NCBI GenBank assembly: GCA_045105515.1
Contig: JBGCDR010000252.1
Coordinates: forward strand, 1 to 24,247
Direction: 5' to 3'
DNA: 24,247 nt
Source of the DNA: Oligoflexales bacterium
GTDB taxonomy: Bacteria; Bdellovibrionota_B; Oligoflexia; Oligoflexales; Bog-1112
Shown one piece after another: positions 9,263-18,784 of the stretch. A model generated the notes under the pieces. It had not been told where the DNA came from. It saw only the letters and a list, made by a program, of their open reading frames with translations, and did no database searches. Every line of letters starts with the position of its first letter. The first letter of the stretch is position 1. The position numbers and the translations under genes were made by a program.

Positions 9263-9472
9263 TTTAAGGGAAACTAGCGGAATCATGAGCCCTCTGTGGT
9301 ATAAGTAGTAGCATTCCTGGATTAATTACTGCTTAAAGAAAAAAGTAAATCCTTAACAGGGTCTTAGGAAAAATTTATAAAATGTAAAATGCGACTTTTT
9401 TATGTGGCAATGCTAAAGCATACCTTGGTATGTGATTTTGACGAGGTTCACCATCGATAAGGCTAATATCAA

Positions 9473-11308
9473 ATGAATACAAGCGGTCATCATTCAGATT
9501 CTTTCCGAAACTCTAGCGGCGTTGTTGGTGTTCTGGCACGTCTCATACGCTGGTCTCGCAATTATTTTATTTTAGTGGGTGCTCTCGTCACTTTTGGGAT
9601 ATTTTTTGGCCTGATGATGACACCAGGTAAGGAAAAGACCTTAGACGATGATGCGAAAGTATACCTTAACCTTAAATTGCAAGGCACCTTGCTAGATTCT
9701 TCTTCAGATTGGCGTTTGATTGACGAGGTTTTTGCCCAACTACTGGAAAAGCCTGCCGGCCCGTATTTACTTGACCTAAAGAAAGGCTTGGAACACGCAG
9801 CCTCTGATGCAAGAGTTCATGGTGTTTTTCTAGAAATTCAAAATCTTAGCGGAAGTCTTGCTTCTTTTACTGAGCTGAGGTCTTACATTGAAGCTTTTAA
9901 GCAGTCTGGAAAGGCTGTCTATGCGTGGATGTATGCTGCTGACAACAAGACTTACTATCTAGCCTCGGTGGCCGATCAGCTCTTTCTAGCCCCTGTGGGA
10001 GAAGTGTCGATTCCTGGCCCCAGCTTTGAACTGGTTTACTTTGGTGAAGCGTTACAAAAGCTAGGAGTAGAAGTAGAGGTAGTACGTGCGGGGAAATTTA
10101 AGTCCGCCTTTGAACCCTTTGTGCTTAATGAGCCAAGTCAAGCTAGCAGGGAAATGTACTTATCAATGGAGAAGAGCCTAAGGTCCCATCTGAATGAGAA
10201 AATCACTGAAGGGAGAAAACTTGAGCAAAGTTCTAAAGTAACATCCTGGTTTAAAAATGGTTTGTTTTCAGCGCGCACAGCCTTAGAGCGAAAATTGGTG
10301 GATGGACTAACCTATGTAGATCAGGCAAAAGACCAAGTTTTCAAGCCAAAAGAACTAGAGTCATATAGTTTTACCGACTATACCTCCCAAGATCTGCCCA
10401 AGCCTAGCTCTAGCTTTAAAGAGAAAGATGGCATTGCACTCATTGAAGCCTATGGGGAAATACATCTTTCACAACAAGGTAGTGAACAAGTTATCACTCC
10501 CAAAAATCTCGGTAAAAAAATTAGCTGGGCAATGAATCAAGATCAAGTCAAAGGGGTTGTGCTCCGGATTTCAAGTCCAGGTGGATCTGCTACAGCTTCT
10601 GATATTATTTGGGAGCAAGTTAGGCAACTTGCGGAAAAAAAACCTGTAGTGGTATCAATGGGTGGGGTTGCCGCTTCAGGAGGATATTATATTGCAGCAC
10701 CAGCTCAGAAAATCTTTGCGGACCCGACGACTATTACAGGTTCCATTGGTGTCATTGGTATGGTGCCAAATTTTCGTAATTTTCAAGAAAAGTATGGAGT
10801 TAGTTTCCATATGGTGAGCAATAGTGAGCGTCGGAGCCTGCTAAACCCCGGAGAAAGAGCCTCAGCTAAGGACCGAGAGGTCTTGGGTCAGTCTATCGAT
10901 GAAGTATATGAGGTGTTTATTAATAAAGTTGCCCAAGGAAGAAAGTTAGCTGTTGAGGAGGTCAATAAAATTGCTCAAGGACGAGTTTGGACCGGCTTGC
11001 AAGCTAAGAACATCGGTCTTGTGGACGAAATGGGTGGCTTATGGGAGGCGATACAAGAAGCTAAAAAACTAGCAAAGCTTGACCCTGCTACAAAGTATCC
11101 TCTTTTAAAGTGGCAGCCTGAGATGTCTACGCTATCAGAATGCTTATTAAATTATCGGAGTTGTTTTCCTTTAAGCATGAGCAAAAATCAGAATCTATTT
11201 TTATCAAGTACTTTGAATCCGCTCATGGTAGCAGAAAAACTGAGCCACTGGAGGCGATATGTTAATGATGAACCGATCCAAGCTATTTGGCCAGGCTCTC
11301 AGCCTTAA
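9473..11308 (+). CDS. sppA: Signal peptide peptidase SppA (protease IV), long 67K type
   Basis: N-terminal TM, duplicated S49 domains, catalytic Lys in GKFKSA, RISSPGGS, catalytic Ser in AASGGYY, TGSIGV and QGRVWTG. Confidence 0.95.
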   Translation: MNTSGHHSDSFRNSSGVVGVLARLIRWSRNYFILVGALVTFGIFFGLMMTPGKEKTLDDDAKVYLNLKLQGTLLDSSSDWRLIDEVFAQLLEKPAGPYLLDLKKGLEHAASDARVHGVFLEIQNLSGSLASFTELRSYIEAFKQSGKAVYAWMYAADNKTYYLASVADQLFLAPVGEVSIPGPSFELVYFGEALQKLGVEVEVVRAGKFKSAFEPFVLNEPSQASREMYLSMEKSLRSHLNEKITEGRKLEQSSKVTSWFKNGLFSARTALERKLVDGLTYVDQAKDQVFKPKELESYSFTDYTSQDLPKPSSSFKEKDGIALIEAYGEIHLSQQGSEQVITPKNLGKKISWAMNQDQVKGVVLRISSPGGSATASDIIWEQVRQLAEKKPVVVSMGGVAASGGYYIAAPAQKIFADPTTITGSIGVIGMVPNFRNFQEKYGVSFHMVSNSERRSLLNPGERASAKDREVLGQSIDEVYEVFINKVAQGRKLAVEEVNKIAQGRVWTGLQAKNIGLVDEMGGLWEAIQEAKKLAKLDPATKYPLLKWQPEMSTLSECLLNYRSCFPLSMSKNQNLFLSSTLNPLMVAEKLSHWRRYVNDEPIQAIWPGSQP

Positions 11309-11715
11309 GCAAGGATTTCTTTTACCATTTGACTTGCCAACTTGCCGTCAAACTTGCCTTTAATTTGAGGTGATAAGGCTTTCATAACCATCCCAAAGTC
11401 AGCGCCTTCTTTTTCATTTACAATCTGCGAAATAATAGCTCTTACTTTATCTTCGCTTAATTGTTCAGGGAGGTAAGGGCCCAAGAATTCTATTTCAGTC
11501 TCGACTTTTGCGTGTTGTTCACTTCCCTTGGGAAACTGCTCTAGGGAATCTTTCAACATCTTGCAGTATTTGATTGCAACGTCTTGCTCTGGAATCGGTT
11601 TTTTTGAAGTCTTATTCTCCAATAAACGGCTTTTTAGCATTCTAAGTGCATCTAAGCGGTCTTTTTGCTTACTTTTCATCGCTTCTTTGATATCACTGGA
11701 AACTTGCTCAAACAT
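11305..11715 (-). CDS. GatB/YqeY domain protein
   Basis: DIKEAMKSK...LRMLKS...YLPEQLSE...GMVMK...GKFDG pattern; RBS AGGAGG upstream. Confidence 0.9.
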   Translation of the reverse strand: MFEQVSSDIKEAMKSKQKDRLDALRMLKSRLLENKTSKKPIPEQDVAIKYCKMLKDSLEQFPKGSEQHAKVETEIEFLGPYLPEQLSEDKVRAIISQIVNEKEGADFGMVMKALSPQIKGKFDGKLASQMVKEILA

Positions 11716-11960
11716 ACTAACTATACCTCCTATTCGAATGGTGATTGGTAATTATAAGGAACTCACAAGCACTTGCACCTCATATCTGAGATTTGCCATG
11801 GCTGGCAATAGCATGCAATGGCTCATGGCTTTGTTTTCATAAAGGCTGGAAGGCGAGATGCTGGGAATTGAGTAGGGGGCCACTCCTAATATGTTTTATT
11901 ATTGGAATAGGCAAATATATGCCAAAATATTAATATTACCTAAATTAATCTTTAAGAACA

Positions 11961-13070
11961 TCAAAAGCTAAATCCCTGACTATAGGAGATCATAATAACT
12001 TTCCTTGGGTCCACTCCCGGGCTTGTCGAATATTCGCGTGTATAGTAGGTGGCTGCTAAGCGGAGAATCAGCAGATCGATTTCCAAACCATAAGTAGGAC
12101 TTCCATGGTAGATCCCTGTGGCCAGACCGAAATATGTTCTAACAAGTAAGCGTGTACCGAGGTGAAGCCTCTTGTAGTCAGGTACGTCAGGGTAAGCTCT
12201 GGTTAAATCACGTAACTCAGCAGAAAAGTGTAAGGCATCTGATTTTGTATGAAAGGTTATACCTAAGCCGCCATGGAACATTTGAGGTAGCACTCGTCCA
12301 GAATTTAATTGCATATTGCCGAAATTGCTTGCAGTTAATGCAAAGCGAAAATCGATATGTTGGCCTTGGAAAAATAGTAGGCTGCTTCCATCCACTCCGA
12401 TACCAGTCTCTAAGGATGAGGTTCCAACATTGCTGAACGTGCTCTGCAGTTGCTGAATTTGCTGCGTATCAGTCAATTCAACTTTGTTTAGGGTCTCTAC
12501 AATCCCCAAAACTTTCAGAGTAGCTCCAAATGATAGCCATTTCCAAGTCCTTGCAGCAGTGGCTAAGTTTGCACCTCCATAAGCTTCGGTTCGTATCACC
12601 ACATTGGGTATCCCAGATCCGAGTTCAGGGTCACCTTTTTCCCAGTATCTGATGTCTGGCTCTGCACTCCCGAATAACGCTAATCCGCCATTGTTAGCTA
12701 TCAAACTCACAGCTGAAGAGGCTCCTAAATGAACAGGAGTCGTAAAATTAGATAGAATTGATAAAGGGCTATCCGAGTTCCCTCCATCATCAGACGCTCC
12801 TGAGCTAAGTGTGTTTTGAGCATAATCTATTGAATCTGCACCTGGGCTTAAATTTAGCTTCATCCCAATCCAGCGTAAAAAAGTTTCCCCATGAGGAAGC
12901 AAAGCTGGGTTATTGATGAGTATGCTTTCTTGGGTTGCCCAAGTTAAGACGGTGCCTCCAGCACCTAGGTCAAAAGGATCCTCATATAACGGCTGAATGG
13001 TTTTGCCATAAAGCTTCAGAGTAGCCACTGATGCCAAATAAAGTAGTAAATACCGTATCAAACAGTGCAA
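11961..13070 (-). CDS. Outer-membrane beta-barrel protein, FadL/TraF-like
   Basis: Signal peptide, N-terminal LGAGG...NNPALL (NPA hatch-like motif), amphipathic beta-strands and a C-terminal Phe (QGFSF). Confidence 0.65.
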   Translation of the reverse strand: MHCLIRYLLLYLASVATLKLYGKTIQPLYEDPFDLGAGGTVLTWATQESILINNPALLPHGETFLRWIGMKLNLSPGADSIDYAQNTLSSGASDDGGNSDSPLSILSNFTTPVHLGASSAVSLIANNGGLALFGSAEPDIRYWEKGDPELGSGIPNVVIRTEAYGGANLATAARTWKWLSFGATLKVLGIVETLNKVELTDTQQIQQLQSTFSNVGTSSLETGIGVDGSSLLFFQGQHIDFRFALTASNFGNMQLNSGRVLPQMFHGGLGITFHTKSDALHFSAELRDLTRAYPDVPDYKRLHLGTRLLVRTYFGLATGIYHGSPTYGLEIDLLILRLAATYYTREYSTSPGVDPRKVIMISYSQGFSF

Positions 13071-13182
13071 GACCGTGTTCTCTTTAATTTAATAGTCGTT
13101 ACCTTGTCATGTCATCGGCCGAATTGAGAAAAATTCAAGGTCTTGCTAGGCGAGTTGGTGGAGTTTAGGCTCACATTCGGGA

Positions 13183-13938
13183 TTACTTGGCGTCGTTGAG
13201 TTGCCAATCATAGCTCAGGTGGCTTAAGTTGGCGCTGTTTGCTAACAAGCTTGCCGCTTCGGGAGGGCCATAGCGAAGAATTACGGTGTTTAACCCTTCC
13301 CCCCAGGTTTCAAAATCTGATCGATACCATTTAAAAATCATCGAAAGTTTTATTTCATTGGAAGCTGGAGCGAATATGTTACGACTCCTATCGGCAAGCC
13401 AAAGCTGCATTTGCTCATCCAGCTGCTCATCAAGGTCCATTGCGGTAAAAGCTTTGGAGCGCAGAGGTGGGCACGAATTGGAAGCGCAGTTTACAGCTGC
13501 ATGGATCCGGTAGTCCTCAAACATATTTCTCAATTCATCATGTTCTATTTGATCTAAGGTCTTGATACGTCCGTCTAGTAGTTTAAAAAATTTCTTTTTC
13601 CATGGAGAGGTAAAAATATTTCCAATGTCTTTTATCGAGTTAATTGGGTAATGATCCAAAATCAACTTAATTGTAAATGCATTGTATGCATTTATTAAGA
13701 ATGCTTTACGTTCATTGGAAGTCCAAGAGTTGAATTCCTCCTTACTGATCGATTCAAGCTGTCCAAGATAGTTTTTGAGTTTGTCTTGATCTTGTTTTAA
13801 ACCAGAGTAATCTACAAAGCTATTAGAGTTGACATAGTTTTGGAGAACAAGATTCCAAGTTTGATGCTTATGATCAAAAGCTGAGGCGGATGGATTTATG
13901 AGAGAATACATGAGCAAGAGAAAGAATAGCCTTCCCAT
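13183..13938 (-). CDS. DUF547 domain-containing exported protein
   Basis: AFLINAYNA, TLDQIEH, RIHAAVNCASNSCPPL, IFKWYRSDF and YDWQLN motifs; signal peptide. Confidence 0.92.
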   Translation of the reverse strand: MGRLFFLLLMYSLINPSASAFDHKHQTWNLVLQNYVNSNSFVDYSGLKQDQDKLKNYLGQLESISKEEFNSWTSNERKAFLINAYNAFTIKLILDHYPINSIKDIGNIFTSPWKKKFFKLLDGRIKTLDQIEHDELRNMFEDYRIHAAVNCASNSCPPLRSKAFTAMDLDEQLDEQMQLWLADRSRNIFAPASNEIKLSMIFKWYRSDFETWGEGLNTVILRYGPPEAASLLANSANLSHLSYDWQLNDAK

Positions 13939-14226
13939 AACAATCTCCTAAGGTTGATACATTGAAATATTCCTTAATCACCTGGATCTTAGCTCATAGT
14001 TTTGACTAAAAACAGCGAAAAATATTATGTAAAGAGAGCAGATCAAATTACTTTGGTATCAGATGATACTGTTTGAAGTCAGTTCCTTGGCAAACATTCT
14101 TCATAGCAAAAAAAATCTATTTTTGTTATCAGCTATGCTATTACTGGTTATCATAGCAGGAGTCTAGCCAAGTTCTTCTATATGGTGCTATGCAAAACAT
14201 TTGATCCTACTTACAAGTGAGATATT

Positions 14227-16158
14227 ATGGTGCAGCTAAAAGTTACTCTACCGGATGGTTCTCAAAGGGAGTTTGAACAGGGAACTTCGTACACGGCTAT
14301 TGCAGAAAGTATTGGTCGAAAACTCGCCAAAGCAGCATTAGCAGTTAAGGTAGGAGAAGCAGGCCAGTTGCTAGATATGAATAGAAGCCTTGATTCAGAT
14401 ACTCAACTAGCCTTCATTACTTCTGAAAGTGATGATGGCTTAGAAGTGATTAGGCACTCAACAGCTCATGTATTAGCTATGGCTGTACAAAAACTTTGGC
14501 CAGGAACTAAGGTTACGATTGGTCCGGTTATAAAAGATCGATTTTACTATGATTTTGACTTTCCCGAGGGAGTCAAACTCAGTGAAAAGGATCTGCCGAA
14601 CATCGAAAAAGAAATGAAGAGAATCATCAAGAGAGGTCATAAGGTTTTTCGCGAGGAAATTTCTCGTGAGGACGCTATCAAGAAGTTTGAGACTCTAGGT
14701 GAGACCTATAAAGTTGAAATTATTAAAGAACTACCAGAAGGTGAAACGATCACTTTATATGGAATGGACGAGTGGTTTGACCTTTGTCGTGGACCCCATG
14801 TGCCAGGTGTGAGTGTCCTCGGTGCATTTAAGCTTACGATGGTTGCAGGAGCATATTGGCGTGGTGATGAAAAGAACCCAATGCTAACCAGAATCTACGG
14901 AACAGCATGGCCATCTCGAGAAGATTTAGAAGCTTACCTCCACCGGATTGAAGAGGCAAAGAAAAGGGACCATCGTGTTCTAGGAAAGCAGCTAGATTTA
15001 TTTAGCTTTCATGCTCATGCACCAGCACATGCATTTTTTCATGAAAAAGGAAGTGTCCTGTATCAGCGTTTGATCAGCTTTATGCGTAAAAGCAATAACA
15101 AGTTCGGATTTAAAGAGGTGGGTACCCCTTTGATGATGAACGTAGATCTATGGCATAAGAGCGGGCATTACGACAATTACAGCGAAAATATGTACTTCGT
15201 CGATCTTGACGATGTCAAAGCTGCTGTTAAACCAATGAATTGCCCAGGCCACTGCCTTATTTACGGGTCCCGTAAACGCAGTTATCGAGACTTACCGATG
15301 CGACTTGCTGAATTTGGCAGAGTTCATCGTCATGAGAAAAGCGGTGTTGTAAATGGACTCTTTAGAGTGCGAAGTTTTGTCCAAGATGATGCTCATGTCT
15401 TTTGTCAACCCGACGATATTTTGGAAATGGTAGGTTTAGTACTTCAGCAGATTCAAGAAGTCTATGAAGGTCTAGGTTTTGAAAATTATCATATGGAATT
15501 ATCGACTCGTCCCGAAAAGTCTATTGGGTCTGATGACATATGGGAATCCGCAGAATCTGCACTCAAAAAAGTTCTAGACGAAGCACAAGTTAATTATAAA
15601 TTAAATCCAGGCGATGGAGCGTTTTACGGACCGAAAATAGATTTTCATTTGGTAGATGCCATAGGTCGCAGCTGGCAGTGCGGTACCGTACAGCTAGACT
15701 TCTCAATGCCTGAAAGGTTTGAGTTAGAGTACGTTGGTAAAGAAAACAAGGCGGAACGTCCTGTTATGATTCATAGGGCTGTTTTAGGCAGTTTAGAGCG
15801 TTTTATGGGTATTTTTATCGAGCATTATGCCGGCCACTTTCCACTTTGGGCTGCACCTATTCAGACTCAGGTGATCAACATTACTAAATCGCAGGAAGTC
15901 TATGCTCAGCAGGTACATGAAGCCCTAAAAGAGGCTGGTATTCGATCAGAGCTTGATATTCGCAATGAGAAATTAGGTTATAAGATTCGGGAAGCGCAGC
16001 TGCAAAAAATCCCTTATATGATCGTTATCGGGGACAAGGAAATCGAGCAAAAAACCATTAGCCCTAGGTTTCATGATGGTACCCAACTTGATCCAATATC
16101 GGTTACGAGTTTCATTGAAGAAATTAGAAATCAGTGCGGAGATAGCTGGCAGATTTAA
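14227..16158 (+). CDS. thrS: Threonine--tRNA ligase
   Basis: TGS domain (TLPDGS), editing motifs RHSTAH and DLCRGPH, KPMNCPGH, GAFYGPKID, IHRAVLGSLERF and an anticodon-binding domain. Confidence 0.98.
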   Translation: MVQLKVTLPDGSQREFEQGTSYTAIAESIGRKLAKAALAVKVGEAGQLLDMNRSLDSDTQLAFITSESDDGLEVIRHSTAHVLAMAVQKLWPGTKVTIGPVIKDRFYYDFDFPEGVKLSEKDLPNIEKEMKRIIKRGHKVFREEISREDAIKKFETLGETYKVEIIKELPEGETITLYGMDEWFDLCRGPHVPGVSVLGAFKLTMVAGAYWRGDEKNPMLTRIYGTAWPSREDLEAYLHRIEEAKKRDHRVLGKQLDLFSFHAHAPAHAFFHEKGSVLYQRLISFMRKSNNKFGFKEVGTPLMMNVDLWHKSGHYDNYSENMYFVDLDDVKAAVKPMNCPGHCLIYGSRKRSYRDLPMRLAEFGRVHRHEKSGVVNGLFRVRSFVQDDAHVFCQPDDILEMVGLVLQQIQEVYEGLGFENYHMELSTRPEKSIGSDDIWESAESALKKVLDEAQVNYKLNPGDGAFYGPKIDFHLVDAIGRSWQCGTVQLDFSMPERFELEYVGKENKAERPVMIHRAVLGSLERFMGIFIEHYAGHFPLWAAPIQTQVINITKSQEVYAQQVHEALKEAGIRSELDIRNEKLGYKIREAQLQKIPYMIVIGDKEIEQKTISPRFHDGTQLDPISVTSFIEEIRNQCGDSWQI

Positions 16159-18116
16159 GGTTTTTTCCGATTAAGGGGAAGAGAGATGACAAACTTTGTC
16201 CCTTTTCCTATGTTGCTATGTAATTTTAGCGAGCCTCCATGCTGTTCTAAATGGTTGCGTGCAGCTCCCAGTCCAGCGCCCCTGCCACTAATGCTCGTTA
16301 CCTGATCTTTAGTCGTGAACCCAGTGTTGAAAATAAGTTCAAGTTTTTCTTCTGAGCTCATTGTTTCTAAAGTCTTTTGGTCGATCACACCAGCTTCTAG
16401 CGCTTTCAGGGCAATTTTTTCAGCATCGATACCCCTGCCGTCATCTGATATGATAACCTCCTCTATATCTTTTTTCAGCTCATATGAGATGGAAATGACT
16501 CCTGGGCCTTTTCCTTGATTTTCTCTATCTTCATTGCCTTCGATGCCATGATCAATGGCGTTTCTAATAATGTGTAAAATCGCTGTATCCATAATGGTTA
16601 TGGTTTCTTTGTGAACCAAGGTTTTAGGATTCTCTAGTACAAGATCTTTGATGTCTTTTTTGAGTTTTGCACGATACATCTTGATAATATTGTTATACTT
16701 CTGGCAAAAATCTTGAATGGGCTGCTTTTTAAGTTCCAGCAAACGGATATAAATATCATTGATATTTTCGAGTTTTTTAGATTTTAGATCTTGCGCTAAT
16801 CTCTCATATTCCTCAGTTAATACTGAAATAGATTGGGTCTGCTGCGAGAATATCTTATCCTTTATTTCAATAAGCTCTCGCAATTCCTTGGTAAATGCAC
16901 CCAAGCTGATAAGCCATTTGTTAAATATGAGATTAGATACATCTTCATTGTTTATGATCTCTGAAAGAATATCTTCAAGCTCGCTTGATAGGCGACTTAA
17001 TTCTTCGAAACCGAATGTCCCTGCATTGCCTTTGACGGTATGCGCTAGTCGATAAAACTCTTCGGTATGGGTTTTAAGTTCTGAGAGGTCGGTAATACCA
17101 TATAGTTTTTTTGCAATTACGAGCGTTTCTTCAAAAAATATGCTAAGTGAAACTTGTCTATTGTTGACGATCCCTAAAACTCGCTGCATCTCTAATTCAT
17201 TTTGTTTTTTTACTTCCTGGAGCTTAGTCTCGGCTTTACGCTTCTCGGTTACGTCTGAGCATATGATCATTAGTTGATTCAATATATTGTTCTTTATAAT
17301 AGGACGATACTCGATTTTTAAGATCCGCTTTTTATTTTTGTGTTCAATCGCTTTTTCGTGAAAAGGGCAGAGATCTAGATATTTTTGCCATCTTTTTAAT
17401 CTCTTCGGTTCGTTCACCATCTTAAACCAACTCTCAAAATCTTGTCTTTCGCTGTCGGTGAATTGGAATAGCTGGCTTAATTTTTTATCAGAAAACTCTT
17501 TCGTTTCAAAAATAAGTTCTGCATATTTAGAGTGCGCTTCATTAACTGAAAAATCGGGATTTATCGTAATGATACCTTGCTCAATGGAGTCTAATAGGTT
17601 TGTGATGTCGGCTGTTTTTTCTTGAACCAACTCTTGTAGATTATGGGTTAGGTTTTCTAATTCTTTTTCACGGGTTCGCAGAGTAGTCAAATCTGTTCCC
17701 ATGATACAGTACATACCTTTGGTTTTTTTATTTGCCCTAAATTCAGTAATTCTCCAATTCACGTTCAAAACTTTGTATGGATTGGCATCGCAATTTAGTT
17801 CAAATTCAATGGTGTCATTTTCATCTTTAAGCTTTCGAATATTTTGTGAAAAAACTTCCCAGGTACCGTCTTTAAATAGGTGGGAAAACTTTGCCCCAAG
17901 AAGCTTTTCAATATGTAATCCGAATATTTCAGCTAATCTATAATTTCCTCGACAGATATAACCGTTGATGTCGATAATAGCAAACAAGTCGGGAAGGTGA
18001 TCTACTAAAAGCTCAATATTTGCTTTAGATTGAGTGATAATGGTAATGATCTTGTGGCTGGCATGGAATCGCCTCACTTGCTCAATATGCTGTTCGCCTC
18101 TTTGTTCAGCACTCAT
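16155..18116 (-). CDS. CheA-type (class II) histidine kinase with PAS-PAS-Hpt-HATPase_c architecture and no CheW domain
   Basis: Two PAS-like regions, Hpt motif RLAHTVKGNAG (His359), CheA-type N box HIIRNAIDHGIE, G1 SDDGRGID, F box IFNTGFTT and G2 SGRGAGL. The protein ends right after GKGTKFVISLP. Confidence 0.88.
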   Translation of the reverse strand: MSAEQRGEQHIEQVRRFHASHKIITIITQSKANIELLVDHLPDLFAIIDINGYICRGNYRLAEIFGLHIEKLLGAKFSHLFKDGTWEVFSQNIRKLKDENDTIEFELNCDANPYKVLNVNWRITEFRANKKTKGMYCIMGTDLTTLRTREKELENLTHNLQELVQEKTADITNLLDSIEQGIITINPDFSVNEAHSKYAELIFETKEFSDKKLSQLFQFTDSERQDFESWFKMVNEPKRLKRWQKYLDLCPFHEKAIEHKNKKRILKIEYRPIIKNNILNQLMIICSDVTEKRKAETKLQEVKKQNELEMQRVLGIVNNRQVSLSIFFEETLVIAKKLYGITDLSELKTHTEEFYRLAHTVKGNAGTFGFEELSRLSSELEDILSEIINNEDVSNLIFNKWLISLGAFTKELRELIEIKDKIFSQQTQSISVLTEEYERLAQDLKSKKLENINDIYIRLLELKKQPIQDFCQKYNNIIKMYRAKLKKDIKDLVLENPKTLVHKETITIMDTAILHIIRNAIDHGIEGNEDRENQGKGPGVISISYELKKDIEEVIISDDGRGIDAEKIALKALEAGVIDQKTLETMSSEEKLELIFNTGFTTKDQVTSISGRGAGLGAARNHLEQHGGSLKLHSNIGKGTKFVISLPLNRKKP

Positions 18117-18784
18117 AGCAAAAACTCCATCTTGTTAGCTTTTGCATCAGCATTCTTTTTTGGATCCCATCTAAGTAGTGGCTCTAGCTTTTCAAAGGCT
18201 GCTAGCGACATGATATCAATTTCAACAGAACAAAAGATGGTAGTTTCATCAGTGGTAAATTTCCAAACTTGGCTATACTGGTACTTTTCCCTTTTTTTAT
18301 TGAGGGATTCTGCGTTGGATACATTTGCAGAAGATTTAAAATACTCTTCAAATAAATAGTTATCAAAACCTCTTGTAAGTACTGGTAAGCTCATTCCGGC
18401 AGGAATACCAATTTCGTAAATAGAATTCTTAATTTTAGTACCGAATAAGTTTGAATATTCGTTCATAAAACTTTCAGCCATTTGCTGGGAAATATCGAAA
18501 TCTTTGGTATTAAAAATCTTCTTTAGTATGGGATGAATTGATGAAAAATCAAAATGAGTTTTCAAAATAATGTTCATGTAATCAGTAGCAAGTAGCACAA
18601 ATGATAGCCAAAAACCATAAATCGGAATTTCTCTAATTGCTGTTTGCTCTTCTTCAACTTCTGCAAAAATATACCCCTCAAGGCATTTCTTCGAGTGATA
18701 CCGAATCATTTTCAGCAAAGCATTCTTGATCTCCTTAAGACCATCTTTGTCTAATTCTTTTTTGAGCGGCTCGACCGTGCTCAA
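18113..18784 (-). CDS. CheX/CheC-like phosphatase-family protein
   Basis: E-x-x-N helix (FMNEYSNLFGTKIK) followed by MSLPVLTRG, like CheX 'ISLPTVI.G'. Probable TTG start at 18784 after RBS GAGGAG (the ORF track starts at 18823). ATGA overlap with the kinase. Confidence 0.65.
   Translation of the reverse strand: MSTVEPLKKELDKDGLKEIKNALLKMIRYHSKKCLEGYIFAEVEEEQTAIREIPIYGFWLSFVLLATDYMNIILKTHFDFSSIHPILKKIFNTKDFDISQQMAESFMNEYSNLFGTKIKNSIYEIGIPAGMSLPVLTRGFDNYLFEEYFKSSANVSNAESLNKKREKYQYSQVWKFTTDETTIFCSVEIDIMSLAAFEKLEPLLRWDPKKNADAKANKMEFLL

Noticed and set aside
9140..9286. 49-aa N-terminal extension of glutathione reductase in the ORF track
   Set aside because: Homology starts at 'QYDLCVIG', and a GTG at 9139 has a strong GAGGAG RBS. 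The extension overlaps promoter-like sequence.
11910..11925. Sigma54-like TTGGCA...TTGC on the minus strand upstream of yqeY
   Set aside because: The GG-to-GC spacing is 9 nt rather than the required 10.
13939..14226. T-box or other leader upstream of thrS
   Set aside because: No T-box consensus and no terminator/antiterminator hairpin are visible.
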